A program made the position numbers and the translations under genes. DNA of 52,443 nucleotides, counting the filler, from Catajapyx aquilonaris (lineage: Eukaryota), in assembly GCA_000934665.2 (NCBI GenBank). It is 2 parts of 2 records of this genome, joined end to end, with 100 filler letters (N's around TTAATTAATTAA, not from the genome) between each part and the next. Parts side by side here need not be neighbours in the genome. Positions count along the whole stretch, not along the records: positions 26,285 to 52,443 come from JYFJ02005242.1; 1 more part is not named here. One strand, written 5' to 3'. Positions 39,501 to 51,449 of this stretch are shown here, piece by piece; within the stretch, counting starts at the first letter, position 1, and each line of letters starts with the position of its first letter. The notes under the pieces were generated by a model. That model searched no databases. It saw only the letters and a program-made list of their open reading frames with translations, and was not told the origin of the DNA.

Positions 39501-41350
39501 ATTTTTTTACTTTTTTCTAACTGTAATGCATATTGTGAGGCTTGAAAACATTCACCATCAGTACTAATGCCTTCACGAACTGTTTCATCACGCCTAGCTC
39601 GATATGTGTAAGCCTAATTATAAAGCTATATCCCCAGTGTAAATATCAATGGGTGTCCTTTCCCCCCCGAAAATCTCAAGTTTCAAATTGCATGAAAACT
39701 AGAGCATGCAGAGGAAAACCGATTTCAGATTTGAAATCAGCGTTGAAAACATACTTAGAATCAGTTGAAAAATCTCATGCAACAGAAAATACCTTTTTTT
39801 GGGTGGTAATCTTGGTCAAAATCACACGTACCGTCACTCTTGGTACCATATATCTGCCAGCACAGCATGTGCATTTTATAGGCCTACCATGTGAAGTTAT
39901 GCCGCAGCAAAAAAATAATTTAAATGTTAAAATAGAAGTCTGGAAAACTGCATGCAATTCAACTCTACTTTGAATATAAAATGTGTTATTGAAAATGAGA
40001 AGGTGAACGTCCACCGCATGTGCCTCGTGAGTGAACCAGTGTGGAAACCCCGTACATACACGGAATGTAAATTCATTTCATATAAAGAGATACGTATGTA
40101 CGCTGTATTTTTTTGTCTGGATTACTCTCTCATTTTATTATTTTGAGATGTACTGAGCCTTCTGTTTATATGAAGGCCATTTTTCACACGTCCCGGATGG
40201 TTAATTGTAAGAACTTGGTGTCCGCTGAGAAGTGGGTCTATAGCTAATGTTAAGATGTCAGGAACACCTACTGTACGTGGCACTTCATCAAAGGAATGGG
40301 CATTTCCCATGCGGCCAATAAATGTAGGGTTGCATTGACTTGCTACAAATTTGCATGAAATTTGCATGCTGAGTGATACCTGAACAAATCAGTGATGTGT
40401 AATTGATATGACAAAAATATAATACATTACTATAATTTGCCCTATTTACTTTTCATGTAATTGTAAACCACATTTAATAGATATCGACACATATATACTT
40501 CTCAGTGGTGAGCATATGAGCTCATGTTATTTTGGTGAGTGCAGAGCGAGCTGTTGGTCCGAATAAAAAGATCGTCATCATGAGCCAGAATTTATCTATG
40601 TCTTTCTTTCACTCAAAATGGAGTATTGCTCTCTGCATTCATGTAAGTACAGAATAATACAGCGTGCCCAGGATAGGTATAAACTTTTTATACTAAATGT
40701 TCGCAAATTGTTTGACATGCTGGTGGGCATCCGGGCATGACCAGAAGCTACGCAGTGCAAAAAAAAAAAAGTGGGCCAAAGTTTTATGAGCACTTGTTTA
40801 CCTGGTAACTCCGCTTCAATGAAAGTGTCATTTTTTTTTTGTCTAAAGTGCTATTATTTCAAAGCAGTTGATTATCTTAAAATGAAGTATAGAAATCAGA
40901 ATTTCTGCATCCATAATTCTCCAACATAATGGATTTTTACAAATAGCATTTTCCAAGCGAGTTCTTGACAGATGGGTTTGCATAAATCACCATGCTGATC
41001 AGTGACTATCAATGAGGCTCGTGGCTACATCTTGGATAGTATCTGGAAGCCTGTAAAAGTATATGGGTGGGGGATCAGTTCTGATCACCAGAGCTCCTGG
41101 GTTGGGTGTACTCTAAATCAACGTGTCAGAATTGCCTGAGGTTTGAGACCAAGATTGAGCAGCTCTAAAAGCAAGTCATTGACTACGACTTATAAAAGCA
41201 AGTCATTGGCTCATAGTTGATCCGTGTTATTTGTTTCACTCTGCATAGTCCTGTAAGTACCACTATGCATGGTTTGATTGTGATGACATCTTGTGACTAA
41301 CATTATACTAATGGTCGTGTCCTTCGTCAGCAGGCAATCAATCGAGAAGG

Positions 41351-44067
41351 ATGGGCAGGTACTACATGATCATTATGGGACTGCTTGCAGTTGTTGCTGT
41401 CGTTCCTGCTTTGGGAGAAGGTGAGTTGCAAGGAAATAAGGAGTTCTTGTGAATGTGAACCATGTTGTGAACCAACATGCTATTTTCTTACCCTTACAGA
41501 GAAAAGAACGTGCACGAAACTCGTTTCTCCGGGCGATTTCGACGGAAATTGTGGAAGCAAAGAGTGCACCAAACATACCGACTGCCAGGATGGCACATTG
41601 TGCTGCAACGTGGTGTCGAAATGTGAAGCTAAGTATCCAAAATGTAAATATCCGAATTACCGGTCTTACATCCAAAACGATTGTTACTTTGTTGCTTAGT
41701 GTGCTAGCCACGAGTGTATTTTACCTTGTGTTACTCACAAGTCAGTACAGTAGACGTAAGCAGATTAGTGTACGTTTGCCTTTTTGTGCCTATACTCTTA
41801 CACCAACAACTAACTACCCGCCATGAAAGCAACACTAAGCTCTAAATAAATTTCTATTGCAGATTCGGTCGGTCACTGCACAGATCCCACCACAGGAAAG
41901 TATAAAGAGAGACCCATCACACAGTGCCTGTCAGATTCCGAATGCTCCATTGCTCCTCATACTAGGTGCTGCATAGAAAAGCATGCGCAGGGCATACCTC
42001 CAACTAAAGGTAAGTTAATTACACGTATTTCATTAAATGGTTACCTGCACGTCAAACACTATTTTAGTGACCTATAGGGTGTTTACTAAATGTGAAAATA
42101 ATAATTATATTTACATTGAGCTAATATAGATTCACCATTACATACAGGGTGTTCCAGAGTTAACGACTCACTCTTTGAAACGCAATTACTTTCGAACGGA
42201 ACAACATATTTATTTAAAGTACGTACCAAAACATCAAGGGAGGTTGCGAAAATCTTCCATGTAGGTGACAGTACTAAGCAATGCTCAGGTCTTGCAACAA
42301 AAATGGCCGAAGCAAGACTGTCGTTAGAGAAACGTGTCCAGTGTGTTCGACTGTATTCAGTGACAAAAAATGTTACAGAAGTGTGCCGTCAAATGGCAAA
42401 CCTTTTCGGTGGACCGGCTCCTACCCGAAAAACTGTTGCGAGGATAAACCAACGGTTCGATGAAACTGGAAGTGTCTTGGATCAAAAGAAACCCGGCAAA
42501 GGGAGAACAGTTGTGAATGCAGAAAACAAACAGCGCATCCGAGATGCACTGGAAAGTTCTCCAGAAAAAGCAAAATCAGTCCGACGCCTGTGGGGTTATC
42601 AATGTTATCTGAAGGAAAAGGTTTACCACCATCGAATGGGCTCCCTGGAGCATCTGCTTGACATAATCACACAGGAATTCAACGCGATCCCTGTTGACTT
42701 CTGTCGGAAGGTCTGCGACAATGTCGCCTTGCGATTGCAGGCCTGCATTTGACGTGGAAGGGGGGTTGACCATACCATGGACCATACCAGGTCTTAAGTT
42801 AGTATTTCCTTGATGTTTTGGTACGTACATTAAATAAATATGTTATTCCGTTCGAAAGTAATTGCGTTTCAAAGAGTGAGTCGTCAACTCTGGAACACCC
42901 TGTAGATGCAAAATATGCTGTACAGTAGGCCTACATAAAAGCAAATATTTTTCGCACTGCCATAAGACAGTAAAAGAACAATAAGACAGTCATGAACAGG
43001 TGAAAAAAGTGTCTTGTGGCCAATCTCTAATTATTCAATGTCAACATGGCGGGTTGTCTTATGATAATCTGCTACAGTTAAATTTCTATTGCTCTTCCTT
43101 ACAAAAAATTCAGATGGCAAAAACATTTGCCAGGACAAGGAAGGATTTTTACGAAAAAATCCCAAGGACAATCAGGACTGCCTTGGAAAGAGTTCATACT
43201 GCCAGCAGTTTGGCGACGCCAAATGTGTCGAGATATTCAACCCATGCTCCTGCCTAGGCGAGAATGGTGGCAAGTGCATCTGATTAGTTCATACTATCCC
43301 TTTCTTGCAAATTCATGCAACACTGGGCGTTCTAATGGTGCCGTACTTTTCAGAGACATTCGGTGTGTGCAAGAACGAGAACAAGACATGCACCCCTGAC
43401 TGCGCATGTACTACTGACTTGCACTGTGGTCCAGGTTACACATGTTGCAACTATCCAAGATCCTTGAATTGCACTTGCGCAAAAAGTGAGTAGGCCTACT
43501 TTATTACACCAGATGTAAGCTATGAAGTTACGACTTACGAGGTGCCTGTAAGGTGCACTATGGGTTAGTTAGACTAATTGTGCTACACCCTGTGCACTGT
43601 TCATGTAGGCAATTATTATTATAGCGTCGTATCGTTGCGTTTATACTCACTCAATAGCCACGTACATAAAATGGGACGTTTTGGTTTAGCATAAAAATTA
43701 TCGCACGTCTATTTTTGTGCACCGTGTGTTTCTTGTTACCATGTAATGTGTGCGACACGTTGACACCAATTTAACACGTCTTTATTTAATTTCAGGTCGA
43801 GAATGCCCATGTTCTAAGGAACCGGTCTGCGCGAGCAATGAAAAGTCATGCGGGTCCGACGATGACTGCAAAGACCAAGGAGAAAAATATCTGTGCTGTG
43901 AACGGCTTGTCAAAGCGACTAGTTCTTGCCCGTTTATCCCATTATTCGGCTTCTTTGGCTCTCAGTCATTTTCAGTTAATCCCTTCTTTTCATATAGCGC
44001 CTCCTATTCATCTGGATCCTCCTCTTCTACTAAATACGAAGTGAAGAAATTCTGCACCACCCCATAA
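41351..44067 (+). CDS. Secreted cysteine-rich WAP-like multidomain protein, copy A2 (306 aa, 36 Cys)
   Basis: Exons 41351-41420, 41500-41643, 41863-42009, 43114-43269, 43354-43485, 43796-44067 splice into an open 921-nt CDS. Signal peptide MGRYYMIIMGLLAVVAVVPALG. Repeated C-x5-C-x5/8-CC modules. The intron 4 donor is GC, or an in-phase GT 3 nt upstream. Confidence 0.88.
42145..42902 (+). mobile_element. Tc1/mariner transposon, internally deleted, in intron 3 of copy A2
   Basis: ~95-bp TIRs (42145-42239, 42808-42902) flanked by TA. ORF 42303-42752 has the N-terminal HTH region fused directly to the C-terminal LWGY..LKEKVY..RLQACI region; the DDE/DDD core is missing. Confidence 0.92.
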
Positions 44068-46521
44068 GTCAGAAGGGAATAGGAAAAACTGTACAAGGAT
44101 ATTGATAGAATGGCAATAGAATGTAGGAGGCTTGAAATGACAACAATTTAATAGTATTGTCTTTTCTGTCGTGAAAGTGTGGTCCAGTACAGGCCAACAT
44201 AGCCTGTAAGCTCAGAATAATGAACCACATTTTTTTTTCATCCATTATTTGGACAATTAGTGTCTCTCTTCCCTTGACCACAATTAATGTTTTGATTTCA
44301 TTTGACTTTTTAAAGGCTGACTATGTAGACAGCAGCCATCGGGGTTTAGTTCAGATTAAGGTGGTGGGGTTTTGGTTGGGATGTGGTGGTGGGTTTACTT
44401 TGTATTTATGGTACCAATAAACATTATGAAGCAACGCAACATGATGAAGGCATAGTTATTGCTTATTTAACACTAACAGGATTAGCAGAACATTTCCCAG
44501 ATATGGAAGCACTCGTTTGTCAGCTGGTCAAATGTGTTTCCATTCGTAGTCTCCTTTTCGAGGTCAACAAATATTTTCGAACTACTTAAAAATTACAATC
44601 TTGGCTCTCTGAGCCATTAAATTAAACAGTTGTGTGTAAATTTTTTTTCAACTGCCTAAAACACTTCATCCACGATCTGATGTGTTTGGAAGATTTGCCC
44701 TGCCTAAGTTATAGATGAAAGCAGTTCTTTAAGATGAAGCAACACAAATAAAGAAGACACCACTTCGCAAAAATGTCTTCAGCTTCTTCTGGTTTGTGAA
44801 GTGGCGCCACAAGGCATGCTTTCAGTGCACTAGATGTAAGCCACTGCCACCTCATGCACACAGTACTGTGAACTGTGGCAACAGATACATCTGACGGCAT
44901 TGCACAAAAGTACTGCTACAGTGTAATGCATTCAGTCTCGGAGGAGTATTGACGTCACAACGAGCAACCATTTTGCTAACAGTTGAGGACTTTTGACGTC
45001 AGTGCTATCCTAAGGATAAATACATTTTAATTGCTTTCATTTATGTGGTGAAAGTGTGGTCCAGTATAGGCAACACAACCTGTAATCTCAGAATAATGAA
45101 TTACACATTTTTTATTTCACTCAAATTAATTATTCAGGCAATCTCTTCCCAGGACCACATGCATTTCGATTTTATTTGACTTTTTGCGGCTGACTATATT
45201 CATACAGCAGCCATTGGAGTTTAGTTCAGATTACATTATGTTTGGATTTTGGTTGGGGTATGGTGGTGGGTTTACTTTGTATTGATGATAGGAATAAATT
45301 ATGAAGTGAAGCAACATAATGAGGGCATCGTTATTGCTTATTTAACACTAGCAGGACGTTGCCCGGCCTAGCTGGTGACCACTTAGTTGTGACACCGGAA
45401 ACCAAATGTGTTGTCATACATTAGCCTGGTATGAGAATCGTTCTATACTGAAACATCATCGCCCCAGACTATAAAAGTTAATGCAGTGGTTCACCCACCG
45501 ATTAAAATGAGTTGCTTCTGACCATGCTCAGGACCAAGAGGGCTACTTAGATAATTATGTAGCCTGTATCATGTCATATTGCATTACTGTGCCTACAGGT
45601 ACAGTCTGAAGCAAAAAAGACATGCAGCACAAATGGGTCCCCACAGGCATCGCTGGGAATACTGGATTACAACTTTCAAATAATTAAATTGAATCTTGGA
45701 ATAATTGAAGCAATTTACCGCTTTATCTTGACGAAAAAAAAAGGTGGCATTGAACATGATCATGTGACCTTCCACCGTGGCTCATGAGTAACCTACGTTG
45801 CAAACCTCTACGTTATACATTATGTAAATTCATTTCATGTAAAGTGATACGCACAATGGAATGGTATTCTTTTGTCTGGAATATTCTCGCCTTTTCTCTC
45901 TCTCTGAGAAGTACGGAGCCTTCTGTTCATGAAGGCCATTTCGCACCTGTCCTGAAATGATAATGATGATTGTGCACTGTACGAACCTGGTGTCCACCGA
46001 GAAGCACCCGATAATGAGGTGATGCCAAGGACACCAACGGGACATTTCTCCAAAGGACTGGACACTTCCCACGCAGCCAATAAATGTCAGGTTGCACATA
46101 TTTTCTAAATGTGCCACATGCCATGTAAGATCTGAGAAGAATTGAACTGTGCACTGAACAGCACATGTGATATATTCTGCAGGTACTGTACACGTACATT
46201 AAATTAATTCAAACTATTGTCATCAACATCAATTATGGCAGCAGTTCAAAGAGTGGTACATGAGTGGCCAGGCTTCTTAGAGCATCCAAAAAATTTAATA
46301 AGCTCCTGCATGTAAACCAAGGAATGACATACATATTGTTTAAATTATTTTCAGTGGTTTTCCATTTTACGTCACTAATAATAGCAGGCAATAATTTTGG
46401 ATAACTTTTTAAAAATATTTTTCTGACCCAAAAGTTGAGGCAATTGAAATGTTGGTGGATTTCTTTCTAAAATGGGCAATTTCACCATTGGTGCAACCAC
46501 CAGCCATAATTAGCATGAGAG

Positions 46522-46813
46522 CCACCAAAGGAGGTTGGCATAGTGGATAAGGCGTCCGACTGCTAATCGGAAGGTCCTGGGTTCGAATCCCGGTGCCGGC
46601 AACTCTAACCGTGGTTTTCTGTGGTTTCCCACGGTTTCTCCAGGAGAATTCCGGAGTTGTTTCCTAATAAACAGGCCACAGCCGCCCCCTTCCTTTCCTA
46701 TCCTCTCCCAAAGAGCAATAAGTAAAAATGCAAGCAAAGAGTTCCAGACAAAACAAAAAAATTCCCCCCTAAAGAGCCGCCGGCTGATAACGGGGCATGA
46801 ATTATTATTATTT
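46522..46813 (+). mobile_element. tRNA-derived SINE (family 1), full length
   Basis: Box A TGGCATAGTGG, box B GGTTCGAATCC, (ATT)n tail, 13-bp TSD attagcatgagag (46509-46521, 46814-46826). Confidence 0.88.
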
Positions 46814-47734
46814 ATTAGCATGAGAGTGATTTTCAGGAATTTACACTAAATAATTACAAATTTTGCTAATTGTACCAACTGGCTCCTATAATCATAGGCT
46901 TGCTTTCATTTTTCTCTATTGTTCTAAATTCTACTCTGCTGACTCACAATTACAGGCAGTTATATAAAGCAGAAGAACTCTGCTTCTATTCACGTGACTC
47001 AGTTACCAGTTGGCATAAAATTATCATGCAAATTACTGACTCTCAAATTAATCTCGTGGCTTGTACGTGGCTCGATTTCTGCCTTACTGCACAAGTACAG
47101 TCGAGCCAGATCAGTCTTCTAGAGCAGTCTACTCGAAATATTTTGAGCAACGATAGCTGATAGAATACACCGACAGATAAAGTAAGTTTCCTTCTGAAGA
47201 ACGCTTCTAAATCACCCGTGTTTTTAGAAATGGTTTTTATATCAACCATTTAAATACTGCCAACGAGCGAAGCGGAATTGATAAAGAGGGGGGGAAATGG
47301 GGGTTTCTAATGAAGTGGACTCGATTTTTAACACATTTGTGCGGGGGGGCCGTGTCGCATAAAATTTACCCATGCCATTAACTTCTTGTGTCATCATCGC
47401 TTGTTTCTCTGGGGAAAAAGTTCCAATGAAATGATTGAGTTACATCAGTGTGTTACTCTTTCAATGAACATTGCAGTCAGCTAATAAATACAGAACCACA
47501 ACAGTTCTGCACAAAAAGAGGCCACTATTGCAACAGTAGAATAGATCATGAAATTGGAACCACAGACTTCATTTTGCCATTCCCGCAGTTCACTGTTTTC
47601 AGTCGGATTCTTTGCAATACCTTTAGCATTAGTTATGAACAGTATTTCCTTATCTGAAAATTTGACTCCTGGGTTTTTAAATGTTATCTACGCGTAGTCA
47701 CTCTCTCCATCTAATTTCCAGGCAATCGAGAAAG

Positions 47735-49254
47735 ATGGGCAAGGAATACATGATAATTGTCACCGCTGTAGTGGTCATGGCTGCTCTTGGAGTAGATGGT
47801 AAGTAAGCCTTTTACTTATGACGTCAGGCATCCTTTTAAATTTTGAGCAGGCATATATTATTAAATTAATTTCTACATTGCAGCACAGATCATAAATCAG
47901 AACAAGTGCACAAATCCTGACGGGACATGCAGCCCGACTGTTTGCAAAGCTCATGAAGATTGTGCCATCATATTGCCCAAATCTTCATGCTGCCAGTCGC
48001 AGCTGCCAAAATGCTTAGCCAGTCCCCCACCAGGTAAGAGGCCGCATTGTTATCAATAATGCAGAACAAGAGATACTATGGAGCTGGCAAAGTTCTTTGC
48101 ACTGACTCTTATTGGTTACAAATTGCTAGTACTGTGCGTTGAGTCCAACATCTCAGCTTTGCATCTATGATTTGCAGTATTAGCCTTCATTTCGAAAGGA
48201 CCACTTCAAGAATCATTTGAACCGAACAAAACAAATGTTTGGCTTGCTAACACTCTTAGGTTCTTTGGCGAGGAAGAATTCGGGCGATGAATATCCACAG
48301 TAACTTGTCAGAAAGAACCCTGAGGCTGTGAACCTCGTCATGATTTTGCGTTTCAGAATGCCTCGGTTTCTGCCGGGCCGGAGAAACAGGCGAGTTCTAC
48401 AACAAGACTTCTCCAGATGGGACTACAACATGCTGCAAAACTGACTTCGATTGTGTCAACTTAGACCCTTACACCAAGTGCTGCGTCCCAGAAAACAGAC
48501 CAAAGGCGCCCAAGGCGAACCCGGGTACGAGTTAGCTACATATATTTTATGTCCAGATAACATATTTTTCCCCAGAATCAGTGGTCACAACCTGCCCGAC
48601 TTGAATAGACAGTGACATAATGATTCAGTCACACTTCAGGCGCTCTGTTCCACCAGCCTTTTATACCCTCATTAAGCTATATCTCTATAGTGTAACTCCG
48701 CTTAAGGGTAATCCTTCTCATGCCTGGTTAACATTCTGTGACGACAGATGTCACCAATAGCTACAAGCTGTTCATTACTACATTAATAAAAAAATATTCA
48801 CCTCGCATAATGCTATCATTCAGCTGCCTTCGTCGAATAATCATATGTTCAAACACACAACATACGGACACATTATTGCACATAAAAATAGAGCCAAAAA
48901 GAAACATTTTAGTATTAACCTTAACGTAGCAAGATACTCTTACAGACCAGTCAGAGAAGCGTGACCTCAAACATTGATTATAAATGACAAATTTTTACAA
49001 TGAAGTGTTCAAATTTCAGGTGACAAAGGGGCATATTGCCAGGAAAATAGCGACAGAGGGTGCTTCTTAAACATCCCCTGCGGAGAAAATCCATCGGTAT
49101 GCCAGAAATACAATCCTGAATATGAATGTCGCATCTGCATGCCCCCATGTAACTGCACGGGTAAGTGCAATTACTACTGTTCAAATAATCACCTTCACCT
49201 ATTCCAAATATTACAGAACTTTTTGTCCAACTTACAGATAGAGCTATAGGCTAA
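47735..49254 (+). CDS. Secreted cysteine-rich WAP-like protein, short paralog B1 (~179 aa, 22 Cys)
   Basis: Exons 47735-47798, 47884-48033, 48357-48524, 49020-49160 and probable terminal exon 49238-49254 (DRAIG*). All introns phase 1 GT-AG. Signal peptide MGKEYMIIVTAVVVMAALG. Exons 2-4 are homologous to A-type exons 2-4. Confidence 0.85.
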
Positions 49255-51449
49255 AAACATTAGGACGAACCGATATACACGAGCAAGGCCACGGCAACGA
49301 ATACGACCGAAAAGAACATGAGACAGAAATATTCCTTGCTGTGTTGCATATACACAGGGTCAAATCATCTGTCCATGCAAATCCCTTGCTCCCTTTGATT
49401 TTGTTTCTTCCCTTTTCACTTACCGCTATTTTTCTGAATTTGTATGCAAATATTTACGTTCACTACACGGATGACCAAGTGCGCAGAGTCAGTTTGTGTA
49501 CATGAGATGATAATAGAGTGAACATACATATTTGCAGCCGGCATTTGACTACAGAGGCATATATTCAAGCCTGCAATGACTACAGCGAATTTATTTTTCA
49601 AATCCTGGTTAATCCTTTTATTTTTGAAACTCTGAATTCCTTATTGTATTGCAATTCAGATTTCTTTTCATTTTACTTTATTGTACGGTTGACTACATGG
49701 CAGCCATTTTGTGGGGGTTTAGCGTAGAATTACATGGTGTTGGGATTGTTTGGATGGTGGTGGGTTTGTGACATCAATAAGTCGCAGAGTGATCATATTT
49801 CGTGGCTTATTTCATGTGATGTAATTGAATTTACCATGCATATATGAATGGTTCACAATAGTTTCCAGAATAGAAGACTTGAAATGCAGCACAATCCGAG
49901 TCATACTGTGGGCGACATTGAGGAAGGCATTTTTTGGTTGCTGTAGAAATCTGATCGAGAAACTCCCGAGAGAGAGAAAAAAAAAGCATCGCTTAAAGAA
50001 TAAAGTCATCTTCAGAATTATTTGAAGCCCTCTTACCTCAAATTCTCCTCCAATTTTTATTAAAGGTTAAACTTTTTGGTTGTGCATATCATATAAAAAC
50101 ACTGCCACCTGGCAGAATGACCAATGGAGTATGAAATCAGTAATGCATTTGGTAGTATATTATGCCATTCAGATAAGAACCAGAACCTTAACAAGTCTCA
50201 CCTACTGATCCTGATTACTTGCTCATCGTTCAAGGCACAGAAGCTAATTAAAGAACGAAAAGTTGGCCAAATTTTCATTACGGATTAATACACATGCACA
50301 GTTGCCCTATTTACAACCCGTTTTGTTTTCAGGGTAAGCACACAATCAGGCTAACTTAAAATTTTCTACATACCTGTATATTTGTCACCACACGACCTTA
50401 TGACACCGGTCAGCCTCTTAATTGATTGCGACGTTGAGGATAATCGAGTTGCATGACTTAAAGTCACAGCCTCACACCTTCCTCAAGGGATTCCACTCAA
50501 CAACTGCAAATTTTTTGGAGCATGTACTACACAGCAGGGAAAAGGTGCACCTGTGGCCTGAAAAATATCAAAAGAAAAACGACATAAGGAAACAGACCTC
50601 ACAACGTATTCAGTTGATTGCCTAGGGAATATTCCATATTTCATGAAGGAATTGGCTGGTGTACACTTCCTGGATTGACAGCATGATTATGTTCTACTTT
50701 AGGCTAACACCTGTTAAGACTCTCTTTTGCACCTGTCATCTAGGACTATTAAAGTGCCGGTAATTAAAAGAAAGTCCCATTAATAAAGTGCACACTTACT
50801 AAGAGTCTGCGTAACTCTCTATATTTATAAATATATTCTGTCTGTTCTAGATGTCTAAAACAATGCTTTAAAAACAAATTTCTTACACCGTATCCTTGCA
50901 CTAATACCAGGGGTCTGAACACACATAAAGTATTTAGGCTGAGCTGCACCACTCCAAGCAGATTGTCCAAACCAATAAATTGACACTAACAGTGAATTAG
51001 CAGTTAGAATGAAATCGTGTCATGACTACCTTTGGTCATGCTACTTCTGCGTTGTAAATTTTGTGACGCACTGACAAATTGGTGCTGCAGGTGTTCGTAA
51101 TGCGATTCAAATGACCTATTTATATCTTGGCATAAAATTAACATGTTCATGACTGCCTATTCGTCAAACATGCGGCTAGTGCGTGGCATGCTTAGACTGG
51201 CTTCATAAGTGTTACAGAGTAGGATTACTTGACCAGAGAAGTAAGCAGCATATTTGCATGCAAAATATTATTAGCAACAATTCCAGAAATCTGTAGAAAA
51301 ACTCAGCTGCATTAGTAAGTTAGTATATTTGAAGACTACCCATGTCCTTAGATCAGAGCTTTCCATCCACTTAGGTATATTCCGGCACAAAAATTTTAAT
51401 ACTCCAGAGAGTGCAGACCCTGCACTCTATTCAACACATAGGCAAGAAC

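Noticed and set aside
46533..46605. tRNA-Ser(GCT) gene
   Set aside because: It lacks the long variable arm and a proper acceptor stem or poly-T terminator. It continues into a SINE body with tail and TSD.
48978..49184. Cys-rich minus-strand ORF
   Set aside because: Antisense shadow of B1 exon 4 on the + strand, which has proper splice sites and paralog homology.
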